Origin: Malacoraja senta
Lineage: Eukaryota
Direction: 5' to 3'
Length of the DNA stretch: 64,000 nucleotides
Assembly: GCA_038087875.1 (NCBI GenBank)
Contig: CM075991.1
Span: 1,426,001 to 1,490,000, forward strand
Below, piece after piece: positions 51,125 through 63,370 of this stretch. How positions within the stretch are numbered: position 1 is the first letter of the stretch; the number at the start of each line of letters is the position of its first letter. A program made the translations under genes and the position numbers. The notes beneath the pieces were generated by a model. It worked only from the letters and a program-made list of their open reading frames with translations, was not told the origin of the DNA and did not search any database.

Positions 51125-51849
51125 AGGAGTAGGATGGGGACCCACAGTCCCGTTTATATCAACGGGTCGATGGTTGAAAGGGTCAAGAGCTTCAAATTCC
51201 TGGGCGTGCACATCTCTGAAGATCTTTCCTGGTCCGAGAACAATGATGCCATTATTAAGAAAGCACATCAGTGCCTCTACTTCCTGAGAAGATTACGGAG
51301 AGTCGGTTTGTCAAGGAGGACTCTCTCTAACTTCTACAGGTGCACAGTAGAGAGCATGCTGACCGGTTGCATCGTGGCTTGGTTCGGCAACTTGAGTGCC
51401 CTGGAGAGGAAAAGACTACAAAAAGTGGTAAACACTGCCCCCAGTCCATCATCGGCTCTGACCTCCCTTCCATCGAGGGGATCTACCACAGTCGCTGCCT
51501 CAAAAAGGCTGGCAGCATCATCAAGGACCCACACCATCCTGGCCACACACTCATCTCCCTACTACCTTCAGGTAGAAGGTACAGGAGCCTGAAGACTGCA
51601 ATGACCAGGTTCAGGAACAGCTACTTCCCCACAGCCATCAGGCTATTAAACCTGGCTCGGACATAACACTGAACTTTACTAGCCAATACTGTTATTTGCA
51701 CGTTATCAGTATATTGACCATTGTGTATATATTTATAGAATGCCTTGTAGTAAATGCCTACTATGTTCTGTTGTGCTCAAGCAAAGCAAGAATTTCATTG
51801 TCCTACCAGGGACACATGACAATAAACTCACTTGACTTGACTTGACTTG
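51125..51849 (+). mobile_element. Rex1/Babar LINE 3' fragment
   Basis: [21 protein letters not shown]; (CTTGA)n tail; TSD ACATTC; empty site at ~61645. Confidence 0.92.
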
Positions 51850-52833
51850 ACATTCCCCTGCAAGTATCTCCGTCACTCCTTTAAAATATTCCCCTTCTTT
51901 GAACAAGCTCTTAAATATCGCATCTGAATCAGTTTCCATCTGATTACACTCCTTGAGGATGTTCATCTACGTGTTGAATTAATAAAACAACGAGATTGGG
52001 GACATTTCTATTCAACCTGTCAAAGGAATTTAGGGGGGGGGGGGGGTTAGAAATAGTCAGTGAGGTAAACAAACATAATAGTTGAGTGGCAAATGACAAT
52101 AGTGCTACCTTCCCAATATTTAACTGAAGGAAATAATGGGTTAACGGGGCTGTATGTTGTGACAGACAGCCTGACACCTTGCATGTCATTTTAATATTAC
52201 ACTTATCCCATCCCCCTGGATATTCCAGATTCATAAATTAAGGTTTTGTCCACAATTACAAATCAGGATAATTACAAATCAATAACATTAGCCGAGTCCG
52301 AAACATGAAGCGCTGAGCATTGGGATCCAGACATCATGGACAACTGGCATCAGTTCCCCGCTCACATCTGGCAGTGTTCTCCATCTGAACCAGGGACCGC
52401 GGAGCGTTTTTGAAAGTGGGGAGGCTGAGCGATCACTGATCACTGGCTTTGGGGGTACCCGGTGAGGGAGTGGAGCAACCGAGTGGGGAGAGGGTGTGGA
52501 AGTGTGGTAACCAGGGTAGGGACTTTTTGAAATTTGATGTATTAAAATCATGTTTTAGTGCAATGTAGAAGTATGATTTCAATGTTTTTTGTATGAATTA
52601 TTTTTAAGAGGTAACTTTTTAAGGGGTAACTTATTCCACACAAAGGGTGGTGGGTTATGGAACAAGCTGCCAGAGGAGGTAGTTGAGGCAGGGACCATCC
52701 CAACATTTAAGAAACAGTTAGACTGATACATGGATAGGGCAGGTTTGGAGGTATGGACCAAAAGCAGGTAGCGTAGCTGGGACATGTTGGTGGGTGTGGG
52801 CAAGTTGGGCCGAAGGGCCTGTTTTCACATTGT

Positions 52834-53079
52834 ATAATAATAATATTTGTATTTATATAGCACTTTTCAATCAAATCACTTGAAACCAAAGTGCTTCACA
52901 GAGAATTATCCATATCCATATGTTGATATCAACATATCAACATTCACACGCAGGCAAAGGTGGGTGAAGTGTCTTGCCCAAGGACACAACGACAGTATGC
53001 ACTCCAAGCGGGATTCGAACCGGCTACCTTCCGGTTGCCAGCCGAACACTTAGCCCATTGCGCCATCTGTCGTCCCACT
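52834..53079 (-). mobile_element. tRNA-derived SINE with CORE-like middle and (TAT)n tail
   Basis: Minus strand A box TGGCGCAATGG, B box GGTTCGAATCC, then TCCTTGGGCAAGACACTTCACC; absent at ~62638. Confidence 0.85.
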
Positions 53080-53327
53080 CTACGTCCCACTCTGTATCAC
53101 TCTACATTATACCTCCACCATGCATGAATGCTTCAAAATCAAGTGATTGAGTTTTATTGCCATATACTCAAGCATAGAAACATAGAAAATAGGTGCAGGA
53201 ATAGGCCATTCGGTCCTTCGAGCCAGCACTGCCATTCAATATGATCATGGCTATTCATCTAAAATCAGTACCTCTTTCCGGGTTTTTTCCCCATAACCCT
53301 TGATTTCATTGGCCCCAAGAACTAAAT

Positions 53328-54494
53328 ATAAGAACAAAAACTCATATGTCAGGCTGTTATTCATCGATTACACCTTGGCATTTAATACAATCATCCCCTC
53401 CAAGCTGGTTACCAAACTCGCAGAACTGGGTCTCTGCGCATCCCTCTGCAATTGGATCCTCGACTTCCTCACTCTCAGACCACAGTCTGTTCGTATTGGT
53501 GGAAATGTGTCAGACTCGATAACAATTAGCACGGGAGCACCTCAAGGCTGCGTGCTCAGCCCCCTGCTGTACTCACTCTATACTCATGACTGCGTAGCCT
53601 GTCATAGTGCGAACTCCATCATCAAGTTCGCTGACGACACCACTGTTGTGGGACTTATCATTGATGGGGATGAGTCAGAGTATAGAAGAGAGATTGAGCA
53701 ACTGTCCATATGGTGCCAGCACAATAACTTGGCCCTCAACACCAGCAAAACCAAGGAACTGATTGTGGACTTTGGAAGGAGTAGGATGGGGACCCACAGT
53801 CCCGTTTATATCAACGTGTCGATGGTTGAAAGGGTCAAGTGCTTCAAATTCGTGGGCGTGCACATCTCTGAAGATCTTTCCTGGTCCGAGAACACTGATG
53901 CAATTATTAAGAAAGCACATCAGCGCCTCTACTTCCTGAGAAGATTACAGAGAGTCGGTTTGTCTAACTTCTACAGGTGCACAGTAGAGAGCATGCTGAC
54001 CGGTTGCATCGTGGCTTGGTTCGGCAACTTGAGCACCCTGGAGAAGAAAAGACTACAAAAAGTAGTAAACACTGCCCAGTCCATCATCGGCTCTGCCTCC
54101 CTTCCATCGAGGGGATCTATCGCAGTCGTTGCCTCAAAAAGGCTGGCAGTATCATCAAGGACCCACATCATCCTGGCCACACACTCATCTCCCAACTACC
54201 TTCAGGTAGAAGGTACAGGAGCCTGAAGATTGCAACGACCAGGTTCAGGAATAGCTACTTCCCCACAGCCATCAGGCTATTAAACTTGGCTCGGACAAAA
54301 TTTTAATTATAGCCCATTAACTGTTATTTGCACTTTATCAGTTTATTTATTCATGTGTGTATATATTTATAGAATGGTAGATGGACACACTGATCTGTTT
54401 TGTAGTCAATGCCTACTATGTTCTATTGTGCTGAAGCAAAGCAAGAATTTCATTGTCCGATCAGGGACACATGACAATAAACTCACTTGACTTG
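53328..54494 (+). mobile_element. Rex1/Babar LINE, 5'-truncated, nested in a CR1 3' fragment (~53175-54688, minus)
   Basis: ORF 53300-54226 ([24 protein letters not shown]); CTTGA tail; TSD AAAT; empty site ~62862. Confidence 0.92.
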
Positions 54495-54792
54495 AAATGT
54501 AACTCTCTCTTAAAAACATCCAGTGAATTGGCCTGCACTGCCTTCTGTGGCAGAGAATTCCACAGATTCACAACTCTCTGCGTGAAGAAAGTTTGTCCTC
54601 ATCTCAGTCCTAACTGGCCTACCCTTTATTCTTAAACTGTGACCCCTGGTTTTGAACTCCGCCAACATTGGGAACATTTTTCCTGCAGTTCCAGTAAGTG
54701 AAAATCTAGGAGGCAAGCAGGATGCTTTCTCCAACCACTCCCATTTGAAGTCCACTATCTTCCACCGTTTCTACCCAGTGCTTGGTACTTAC

Positions 54793-54948
54793 TTCCAGCA
54801 GCCATTGGTTGTCCTCCAGGATGCACCGAGCCGCAGCCTGATCCATGCTGGTCACCTGGGCGAATTTGGCACAGAGACTCTCATGGCCGCGGCGCAACGC
54901 TTCCAACGCCTCCGACGGCCCGGGACTCTTGCACTGAGGCTGCTCCAT
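54793..54948 (-). CDS. TDP2-like exon 1 (52 codons, UBA-like N-terminus); no downstream TDP2 exons seen
   Basis: GCCATGG start; ESLCAKFAQVTSMDQAAARCILEDNQWLLE resembles TDP2 LCVEFASVASCDAAVAQCFLAENDWEME; phase-0 donor GAA|GTAAGT; CpG-rich. Confidence 0.6.
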
Positions 54949-55059
54949 GGCCGGAGTTACAGTGAGTGACTCGCCAGCCCAGCAAACACTCGCCATCCCC
55001 GCTCCCCGTCCGCATCTGTCCCCGCCGCTGCTTCCGCTTCCAACTCCCGTGGCCCATGC

Positions 55060-55951
55060 AGTTGATATTAGTTTTGAAATTTTCGATGATCACAGAATTT
55101 CTCACGACAGAGCGTGAGAAATTTGTGATCAGCGTGAGAATTTGGCAAAATGCGTGATTCTCATGCTCAATGCATGGGAGATGGCAGCCCTGCCTCTATA
55201 TCCCCCTATCTCCCCCTCTCTCTCACTTCTCTCTCTCCCCTCTCCCCCTTCTCTGCTCCGATCTCTCCCCCATTTCTCCCTCCCACCTCACTCTCCCCCC
55301 CTTGCTCTCCCCTCTCTTTCTCCTCTGTCTCTATCTCCTCTTTCTCTTTGCCCTCCTCTCTCCCTCTTTCCCCCTTTTCTCTTCCCCCTCTCTCTCCCTT
55401 TCTCTCGTCCCCTCTCTCCTCCCTCTCCACCCCCTCTCTCTCCCCTCTCCCCTCTCTCTTCCTTGGGCCCAATTGGTCCATACTGATCAAGTTGCCATTC
55501 TGCATGCCCAGGGACTGGCCGCAGTTCTCAGGTCGGCTCGCCTGCCCCGACCCCGCGAAAATGAATTGAAAAAAAACACACGGTTTTTCGGGTTACGGGC
55601 CGTGTGCCCGTAGTCCGAACCCTGTCCTAGATGTTTGGCCTAATTGTGGTCGTTGTCGTTTCCCCCCCCCATGTTTTACAACTGATTCACCTGGTTAGTT
55701 CCATCTCCGGCTGCTTCATGTTGTCGGCAGCTGCACATTCGACCAAAAGAGAAGAGAAGAGTTGTGACGTCACTCACAGCCGTCAACCGACGCGCTTCCC
55801 CAGACCGCACAGATCGCGCTGGCATGTGGCACAAAGGGACAAACTGCGCAGGGACTGAACTCAGCGTGAGAACTCTGTCATCAGCGCGAGGGCGTGATAA
55901 TTTGCTCCAAGGCGTGATTCTCACGCTGAAAGCGTGAGAGTTGCCAGCCCT
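55060..55951. mobile_element. Non-autonomous DNA transposon pieces with two right ends (..GAG(T/A)TG(G/C)CAGCCCTG at ~55192 and 55951) and a CT-rich tract 55200-55462
   Basis: Repeated GCGTGAGA/TCTCACGC subterminal motifs; complementary left end CAGGGCTGCCAAC seen at ~49777. Confidence 0.5.
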
Positions 55952-57249
55952 GATTACACAGAGGAACATATACCAAGTGAGTCATCATTACGGAAAAATT
56001 ATGTTGACAGCAACTTCAACATTGTTGTGCAGTAAATTAGAGATGAAGTTGCATGCAACAAAATATGGATCTCAATGGACGAGACAACCGATGCTGTGTT
56101 GCCAATGTGGTCATCGGTACACTGGAGGCAAGTCAACCATCAAAGGAGTATTTGTTGACATGGGAAGTATTGGAGAAGTCAAACAGCTCAACTATTGCTC
56201 AAATGTTTACATCTTCACTTGCAGTACATTGGCCAGAAGGTATAAAACACGAGAATGTTCTTCTGTTTGTGACTGATGCAGCTCCGTATATGAAAAAAGC
56301 TGCTCGTGCTCTTAAAGTTTTATTCTGCAAAATGTTGCATTTGACATGCTTAGCTCAAGAACTTCATACAATTGCCAAGCACACACGTAGCTTGTTTCCA
56401 AATGTCAATCGCCTAGTTTCCAATGTCAAGAAAATCTTCCTCAATGCACCGTCACATGTGCAGTTGTTCAAGGAAAAAGCACCTGAAATTCTGCTACCTC
56501 CTCAGCCCATTTTGACTAGGTGGGGTACATGGGTCTCTGCTGTACTCTACTATACTGCAAATTTTGAAAATATAAAAGAAAGTATCAACTGTTTTGAAGA
56601 AGGAGAATCTGCTGCAGTCAGGATCGTCAGTGAAATCATGCAGAAAAAGTCCCTCCACCGTGATCTTGTGTTTATTGCTTCCAATTTTGCAAACTTCCCA
56701 CAAGCTATCACTTCCCTTGAGAAACATGGCGAAACAGTAGTGAATAACTTGTAGGTTTTCAACAAAGTAGCTGACAATATTCGTATAATTCCTGGCGATG
56801 TAGGTAAAGACATACAAGGAACATGTGAGAGAGTGACTTTAGCTAACAAAGATCTTGAAGAAATACAAAACATAGCTAAAGTTCTCAAAGGTGGTTGTAA
56901 TGCACAAGATATCAATATGAATATAGTCCGTATCTTGTTTCGGATATGCACCAGTAATCTCAGCTGAGGTAGAAATAAGTTTTTCACAACTGAAGCATAT
57001 TCTGTCTGACAGACGCCATAGTTTAACACCAGATAATTTGAAAAAAAAATTCTAATAATTATGTGTAAGCAGGCAACGTTGGTCATTTAATGTAGTATAT
57101 ATTATCATTTTTAACTATATTTAGGTGGTGGAAATACATGCCTTTTTATACCTTTTTTGTCACAAAATGCCTTTTTCGTGCCTTTTGTAATTTTATTAAG
57201 CCTTTTTGCCTATTTCACAGTTTTTTAGTGCCTAAACATCCTGGCTCTA
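55952..57249 (+). mobile_element. hAT-superfamily (hAT19/CGGBP1-like) transposase remnant with right terminus
   Basis: ORF 56053-56754 VTDAAPYM..HLTCLA..ILTRWGTW; upstream MDETTD; downstream SAEVE..FSQLKHILSDRR; ends GCCTAAACATCCTGGCTCTA. Confidence 0.8.
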
Positions 57250-57712
57250 CTAATTACATTCCACAGTAGAGCCAGGCTCTGATCAACAGGTGCAGCACAT
57301 GAATGATCTTAGTATATATTCATGTATGGAGATCAGATTATAATCAAGCACTTGGTCCATGATGACCAACCTGGGTCTCACTGCACACCTGGTACTACTC
57401 CTGACCCTGACTCCAGTTGCATACCTTCTCTCATTCCTGACCCTGAGTGCAGCCTTACACCTGGCCCCCTATTCTACCCTGATCATAGCTGCTTACCTGC
57501 TTAGGTTCCCAGTGCTGAACCATTGTCCCAGCTTTGACTGCACACCTAGTACTATCCCAGACCTTGATTCTGGATGCACACTTGGCCTTGCTCCTAGCTC
57601 CTCTGCATTGACAATATATCTGGCCCACACATAAAGCTCCATATCTGACCCCCTGGACTTAACCTATTACATTCAAGTCCACAGGTACTTATCTAATGCG
57701 GTAATCTTTTAT

Positions 57713-60700
57713 AGAAACATAGAAACATAGAAAATAGGTGCAGGAGGAGGTCATTCGGCCCTTCGAGCCAGCACCGTCATTCATTGTGATCATGGCTGAT
57801 CGTCCCCTATCAATAACCCGTGCCTGCCTTCTCCCCATATCCCTTGACTCCACTAGCTCCTAGAGCTCTATCTAACTCTCTCTTAAATCCACCCAATGAC
57901 TTGGCCTCCACTGCCCTCTGTGGCAGGAAACTCCATAAATTCACAACTCTCTGGGTGACAAAAGTTTTTTCTAACCTCAGTCTTAAATGACCTCCCCTTT
58001 ATTCTAAGACTGTGACCCCTGGTTCTGGACTCGCCCAACATTGGGGAAAAAATTCCTGCATCTAGCTTGTCTAGTCCTTTTATAACCTTATATGTTTCTG
58101 TAAGATCCCCCCACATCCTTCTAAACTCCAGTGAATACAAGCCTAGTCTTTTCAATCTTTCCTCATATGACATTCCCGCCATCCCAGGGATCAATCTCGT
58201 GAACCTACGCTGCACTGCCTTAATCACAAGGATGTCCTTCCTCAAATTAGGAGACCAAAACTGTACACAATACTCCAGATGTGGTCTCACCAGAGCCCTA
58301 TACAACTGCAGAAGAACCTCTTTACTCCTATACTGAAATCCTCTTGTTATGAAGGCCAACATTCCATTAGCTTTCTTCACTGCCTGCTGTACCTGCACGC
58401 CACCTTTCAGTGACCGGTGTACAAGGACACCCAGGTCTCGCTGCATCTCCCCCTTACCTAACCCTAACCCCATTGAGATAATAATCTGCCCCCTTGTTTT
58501 TGCCGCCAAATTGAATAACCTCACATTTATCTATATTATACTGCATCTGCCACGCATCTGCCCACTCACTCAACCTGTCCAGGTCACCCTGCAACCTCCT
58601 AACATCCTCTTCACAGTTCACACTGCCACCCAGCTTTGTGTCATCCGTAAACTTGCTAGTGTTGCTCCTAATTCCCTCTTCCAAATCATTAATATATATG
58701 GTAAACAGTTGCGGCCCCAACACCGAGCCTTATGGCACTCCACTCGCCACTGCCTGCCATTCTGAAAAGGACCCGTTCACTCCTACTCTTTGCTTCCAGT
58801 CTGCCAACCAACTTTCTATCCATGTCAACACCCTACCCCCAATACCATGTGCTCTAATTTTAGTCACCAGTCTCCTGTGCGGGACCTTATCAAAGGCTTT
58901 CTGAAAGTCTAGATACACTACATCCACTGGCACCCCTTCATCCATTTTACTTGTCACATCCTCAAAAAATTCCAGAAGATTAATCAAGCATGATTTCCTT
59001 TTCATAAATCTATGTTGACTTGGACTAATCCTTTTGCTACTATCCAAATGCAACATTATTACATCTTTAATAATTGACTCCAGCATCTTTCCCACCACCG
59101 AAGTCAGGCTAATTGGTCTATAATTCCCCGTTTTCTCTCTCGCTCCTTTCTTGCAATACCAATCACCATTAAGGGCACTGAGGTGGAGGTGGTCGCTAAC
59201 CACATGTACCTTGATGTGCAGCTTGACAGGGAGCTGGACTGGAAGTGTCATATGGAGGCGGTGTACAGGAAGGGACAAAGCCGACTGTATTTTTTAAGGA
59301 GGCTGAGGGCATTTAACATCTGCCAACCCCTACTGTGCAGTGTCTACCATTCAGTGGTGGCCAGTGCTCTGTTTTTTGCGGTGGCCTGTTGGGGAGATGG
59401 CGCTCGCATAGCGGACAAAAACAGACTGGACAAACTGATCAGGAAGGCCGGCTCAGTGGTCGGGGCTGAGCAACGAACGGTCCAGCAGGTGGCAGAGGCC
59501 AGATCTCTGAAAAAACTGGGTTCTATAATGACCAACCCCACTCACCCACTCCATGCCCTGAAGGTGATCAAGAGCAGCAGCTTCAGTCAGAGACTGATTG
59601 CACCAATGTGCAAAACGGAGAGACATAGGAAGTCCTGTTTACCAGCTGCGATAAGATTATACAATGCGCATAAATAACTGCACTTTTTTAAAATTAATTG
59701 TATTTTAACTTGTATTTTAACTTGTATTTTAACTTGTTAAGTATGGAAGCTATTTGTGGTGTTATGTATGTCTTGAAGCTGTCGTGGCATTGTAATTTCC
59801 TGCAAAGGATTATTAAAGGTATATCTTATCTTATCTTATCTTATCTTGAAAAGTGGGATAACATTAGCTATCCTCCAATCCACAGGAACTGATCCTGAAT
59901 CTATTGAACATTGGAAAATGATCACCAATGCGTCCACTATTTCTGGAGCTACCTCCCTGAGGACCCTGGGATGCAGACCATCAGGCCCAGGGGATTTATC
60001 ATCCTTCAGTCCCATTAGCCTACCCAATACTATTTCTTGCCTAATGAAAATTTCTTTCAGTTCCTCTACCCCCTCTGTCCTCCAGTACATCTGGGAGATT
60101 GTTTGTGTCTTCCTAAGTGAAGACAGATCCGAAGTACCTATTCAACTCTTCTGCCATTTCCTTGTTGCCCATAATAATTTCACCCATGTCTGCCTTCAAG
60201 GGACCCACATTTGACTTTGCTACTCTTTTTCCCTTAACATATCTAAAAAAGCTTTTACTGTCCTTCTTTTATATTCCTGGCCAGCTTCCCCTCGTACTTC
60301 ATCTTTTCAGCCCGTATTGCCCGTTTTGTTTCCTTCTGTTGTCCTATGAAAGTTTTCCAATCCTCTGGCTTCCGGCTACTCTTTGCTGTGTTATACATCT
60401 TTTCTTTTAGTTTTATTCTATCCCTAACTTCTCTTGTCAGCCACGGTTGCCTCCTACTCCCCTTAGAATCTTTCTTCCTTTTTGGAATGATATGATCCTG
60501 CGTCTCCCGGATTATGCCCAGGAATTCCTGCCATTGCAGTTCCACCGTCATTCCTGCTAGGATCCCTTTCCAGTCTACTTCGGCCAGCTCCCCTCTCATG
60601 CCTTCATATTCCCCTTTGTTCAACTGCATCACTGACACTTCCAATTTAACGTTCTCCTTCTCAAATTGCAGATTAAAACTAATCATATTATGAGCACTAC

Positions 60701-60979
60701 CTCCAAGCGGTTCCTTTACCTCGAGTTCTCTTATCATATCTGGTTCATTGGACAACACTAAATGCAGAATTGCCTTTTCTTTGGTCGGCTCCATTACAAG
60801 CTGCTCTAAGAATCCATCTCGGAGGCATTCTACAAACTCTCTTTCTTGGGGTCCTGAACCAACCTGATTTTCCCAGTCTACCTGCATATTGAAATCCCCC
60901 ATCACCACAGTGGCATTACCTTTGTTACATGCCAGTTTTAACTCCTGCTGCAACTTACACCCTACATCCTACATCTGCA
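57713..60979 (-). mobile_element. CR1 LINE, 5'-truncated
   Basis: ORFs 57883-60953 RT/EN; tail; TSD TTTAT 57708-57712/60980-60984; empty site ~50470. Confidence 0.93.
59154..59843 (+). mobile_element. Rex1/Babar LINE 3' fragment nested in CR1
   Basis: ORF 59183-59677 ([24 protein letters not shown]); (TATCT)n tail; TSD TCTTG. Confidence 0.9.
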
Positions 60980-63205
60980 TTTATGGGGCACTTCACGGAC
61001 CAAATTTTGTGTAACAAAATTTGCTACATCCATTGGCTCACTTGTCATCTGACATGCTAATTACTTTGTCAAAGAAGTAATCAATTGGTTGAACACAATT
61101 TCTCATCCATAAAATTATACTCACTCAGCAGTATGTATTCTGTTACCATTTCCTTTGTTTTCCTAACAAACTCTGAAGTAATTTTCACCCCCAATATTTT
61201 CAGTATTTTGCAGTCTTCCTCTCAGCTGGGACTTTTCCGAAATGCAAAGTCCAATAACTATATATTTAAGCAATATTATTCTATTAAATGTGATCTTAAG
61301 CATACATAATATTTTCTGTGGTATTCATAACACAACAATGATAAAAACATCTTTGTTTTGATTGTACCTACCAACATGCATTCATTATTATATTACAGTT
61401 AATATGTACCGAGGGCAAATTTTTGTTCCAATGCTCCCCATTCCCAATTACTTTTACATTGAAGTGATTGAAATCTAAGTGAAGTTTAAATGGCATCAGA
61501 AAAATAAAACCTCCGGAATGGTTGATATTCATTACGTGGTTGGTTGGAGTCAGTATCAGCACAATTACTATATTAAATTACTATATTAATCTTCAGATGT
61601 CCTGGTTCAAGCTAAAACTAAAGACAAATAATAACCTCCTCACACATTCCCCTGCAGGTATCTCTGTCACTCCTTTAAAATATGCCCCTTCTTTGAACAA
61701 GCCCTTAAACATCGCATCTGAATCAGTTTCCATCTGATTACACTCCTTGAGGATGTTCATCTACGTGTTCAATTAATAAAACAACGAGATTGGGGACATT
61801 TCTATTCAACCTGTCAAAAGAATTTTGGAGGGTGAGGGGTTTAGAAATAGTCAGTGAGGTAAACAAACATAATAGTTGAGTGGATAATGACAATAGTGCT
61901 ACCTTCCCAATATTTAACTGAAGGAAATAATGGGTTATCGGGGCTGTATGTTGTGACAGACAGTCTACACCTTGCATGTCATTTTAATATTACACTTATC
62001 CCACCCCCCTGGATATTCCGGATTAATTAATTAAGGTTTTGTCAACTAATTACAAATCAGACTAATTACAAATCAATAACATTAGCCAACTCCAAAACAC
62101 GAAGCGCTGAGCATTGGGATCCAGACATCACAAACAACTGGCTTCAGTTCCCCGCTCACATCTGGCAGTGCTCGCCGTCTGAACCAGGGGCCACGGAGCT
62201 TTTTTGAAAGTGGGGCGGGGCTGAGCGATCACTGATCACTCGCCTTGGGGGTACCCGGCAAGGGAGTGGAGCAACCGAGTGGGGGGAGGGTGTGAGAGAA
62301 GGGTGTGTCCCCTCCCACGGTAGGGACATTTTGAAATTTGATGTTTAAAATCATGTTTTAGTGCATTGTAGAAGTATGATTTCAATGTTTTTTGTTTTAG
62401 GTATTTTTAAGAGGTAACTTTTTAAGGGGTAGCTTTTTCCACACAAAGGGTGGTGGGTGTATGGAACAAGCTGCCAGAGGAGGTAGTTATGGCAGGGACT
62501 ATGCCAACATTTAAGAAACAGTTAGGCTGATACATGGATAGGACAGGTTTGGAGGGATATGGACCAAAAGCAGGTAGTGTAGCTGGGACCTGTTGGCGGG
62601 TGTGGGCAAGTTGCGCCGAAGGGCCTGTTTTCACATTGTATCACTATGACTACATTATACCTCCGCCATGCATGAATGCTTCAAAATCAAGTGGTCGAGT
62701 TTTATTGCCATATACTCAAGCATAGAAACATAGAAAATAGGTGCAGGAGTAGGCCATTCGGCCCTTCGAGCCAGCACTGCCATTCAATATGATCATGGCT
62801 TTTAATCTAAAATCAGTACCTCTTTCCTGTTTTTTCCTGATTTCGCGAGCCCCAAGAGCTAAATGTAACTCTCTTGAAAACATCCAGTGAATTGGCTTCC
62901 ACTGCCTTCTGTGGCAGAGAATTCCACAGATTCACAACTCTCTGGGTGAAGAAAGAATGTCATCATCTCAGTCCTAACTGGCCTACCCTTTATTCTTAAA
63001 CTGTGACCCCTGGTTCTGAACTCCCCCAACATCGGGAACATTTTTCCTGCAGTTACAGCAAGTGAAAATCTAGCAGGCAAGCAGGATGCTTTTTCCAACC
63101 ACCCCCATTTGAAGGCCACTATCTTCCACCGATTCTACCCAGTGCTTCGTACCTACTTCCAGCAGCCACTAGTTGTCCTCCAGGATGCACTGAGTCATAG
63201 CCTGA

Positions 63206-63370
63206 AGGGCCTGTCCCGCTTAGGCGATCTTTTGGGCGACTACAAGCGACAGTGGCAACAATTTTTGCTGTCGCAGGTTGTCATACGTTGTCGCGAGGTG
63301 TCGTAGGTGAATGCTAATAAAACGAGTCCCTGACAGTCGCCTAAAGAGTCGCCTCAATGGGACAGGCCCA
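63206..63370. mobile_element. PIF/Harbinger-type MITE
   Basis: TIR GGGCCTGTCCC...GGGACAGGCCC; flanks TGA/TAA; internal GGCGAC/GTCGCC symmetry. Confidence 0.75.

Larger units (their letters stand above)
49990..54840. repeat. Segmental duplication unit C (paralog of 57250-63203)
   Basis: Colinear: 50000-50470 with 57250-57712; 50470-54840 with 60980-63203 after removing copy-specific insertions. Confidence 0.9.
57250..63203. repeat. Segmental duplication unit D (paralog of 49990-54840)
   Basis: See unit C; includes truncated TDP2-like exon end 63153-63203. Confidence 0.9.

Noticed and set aside
51856..52016. Possible minus-strand exon (acceptor TTTGACAG, MNILKECNQ...)
   Set aside because: Stop follows in phase with the TDP2-like exon, no recognisable homology, and the donor region is disrupted by Rex1; kept only as a testable junction
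52990..53079. tRNA-like sequence
   Set aside because: Head of a SINE with body and tail, absent from the paralog
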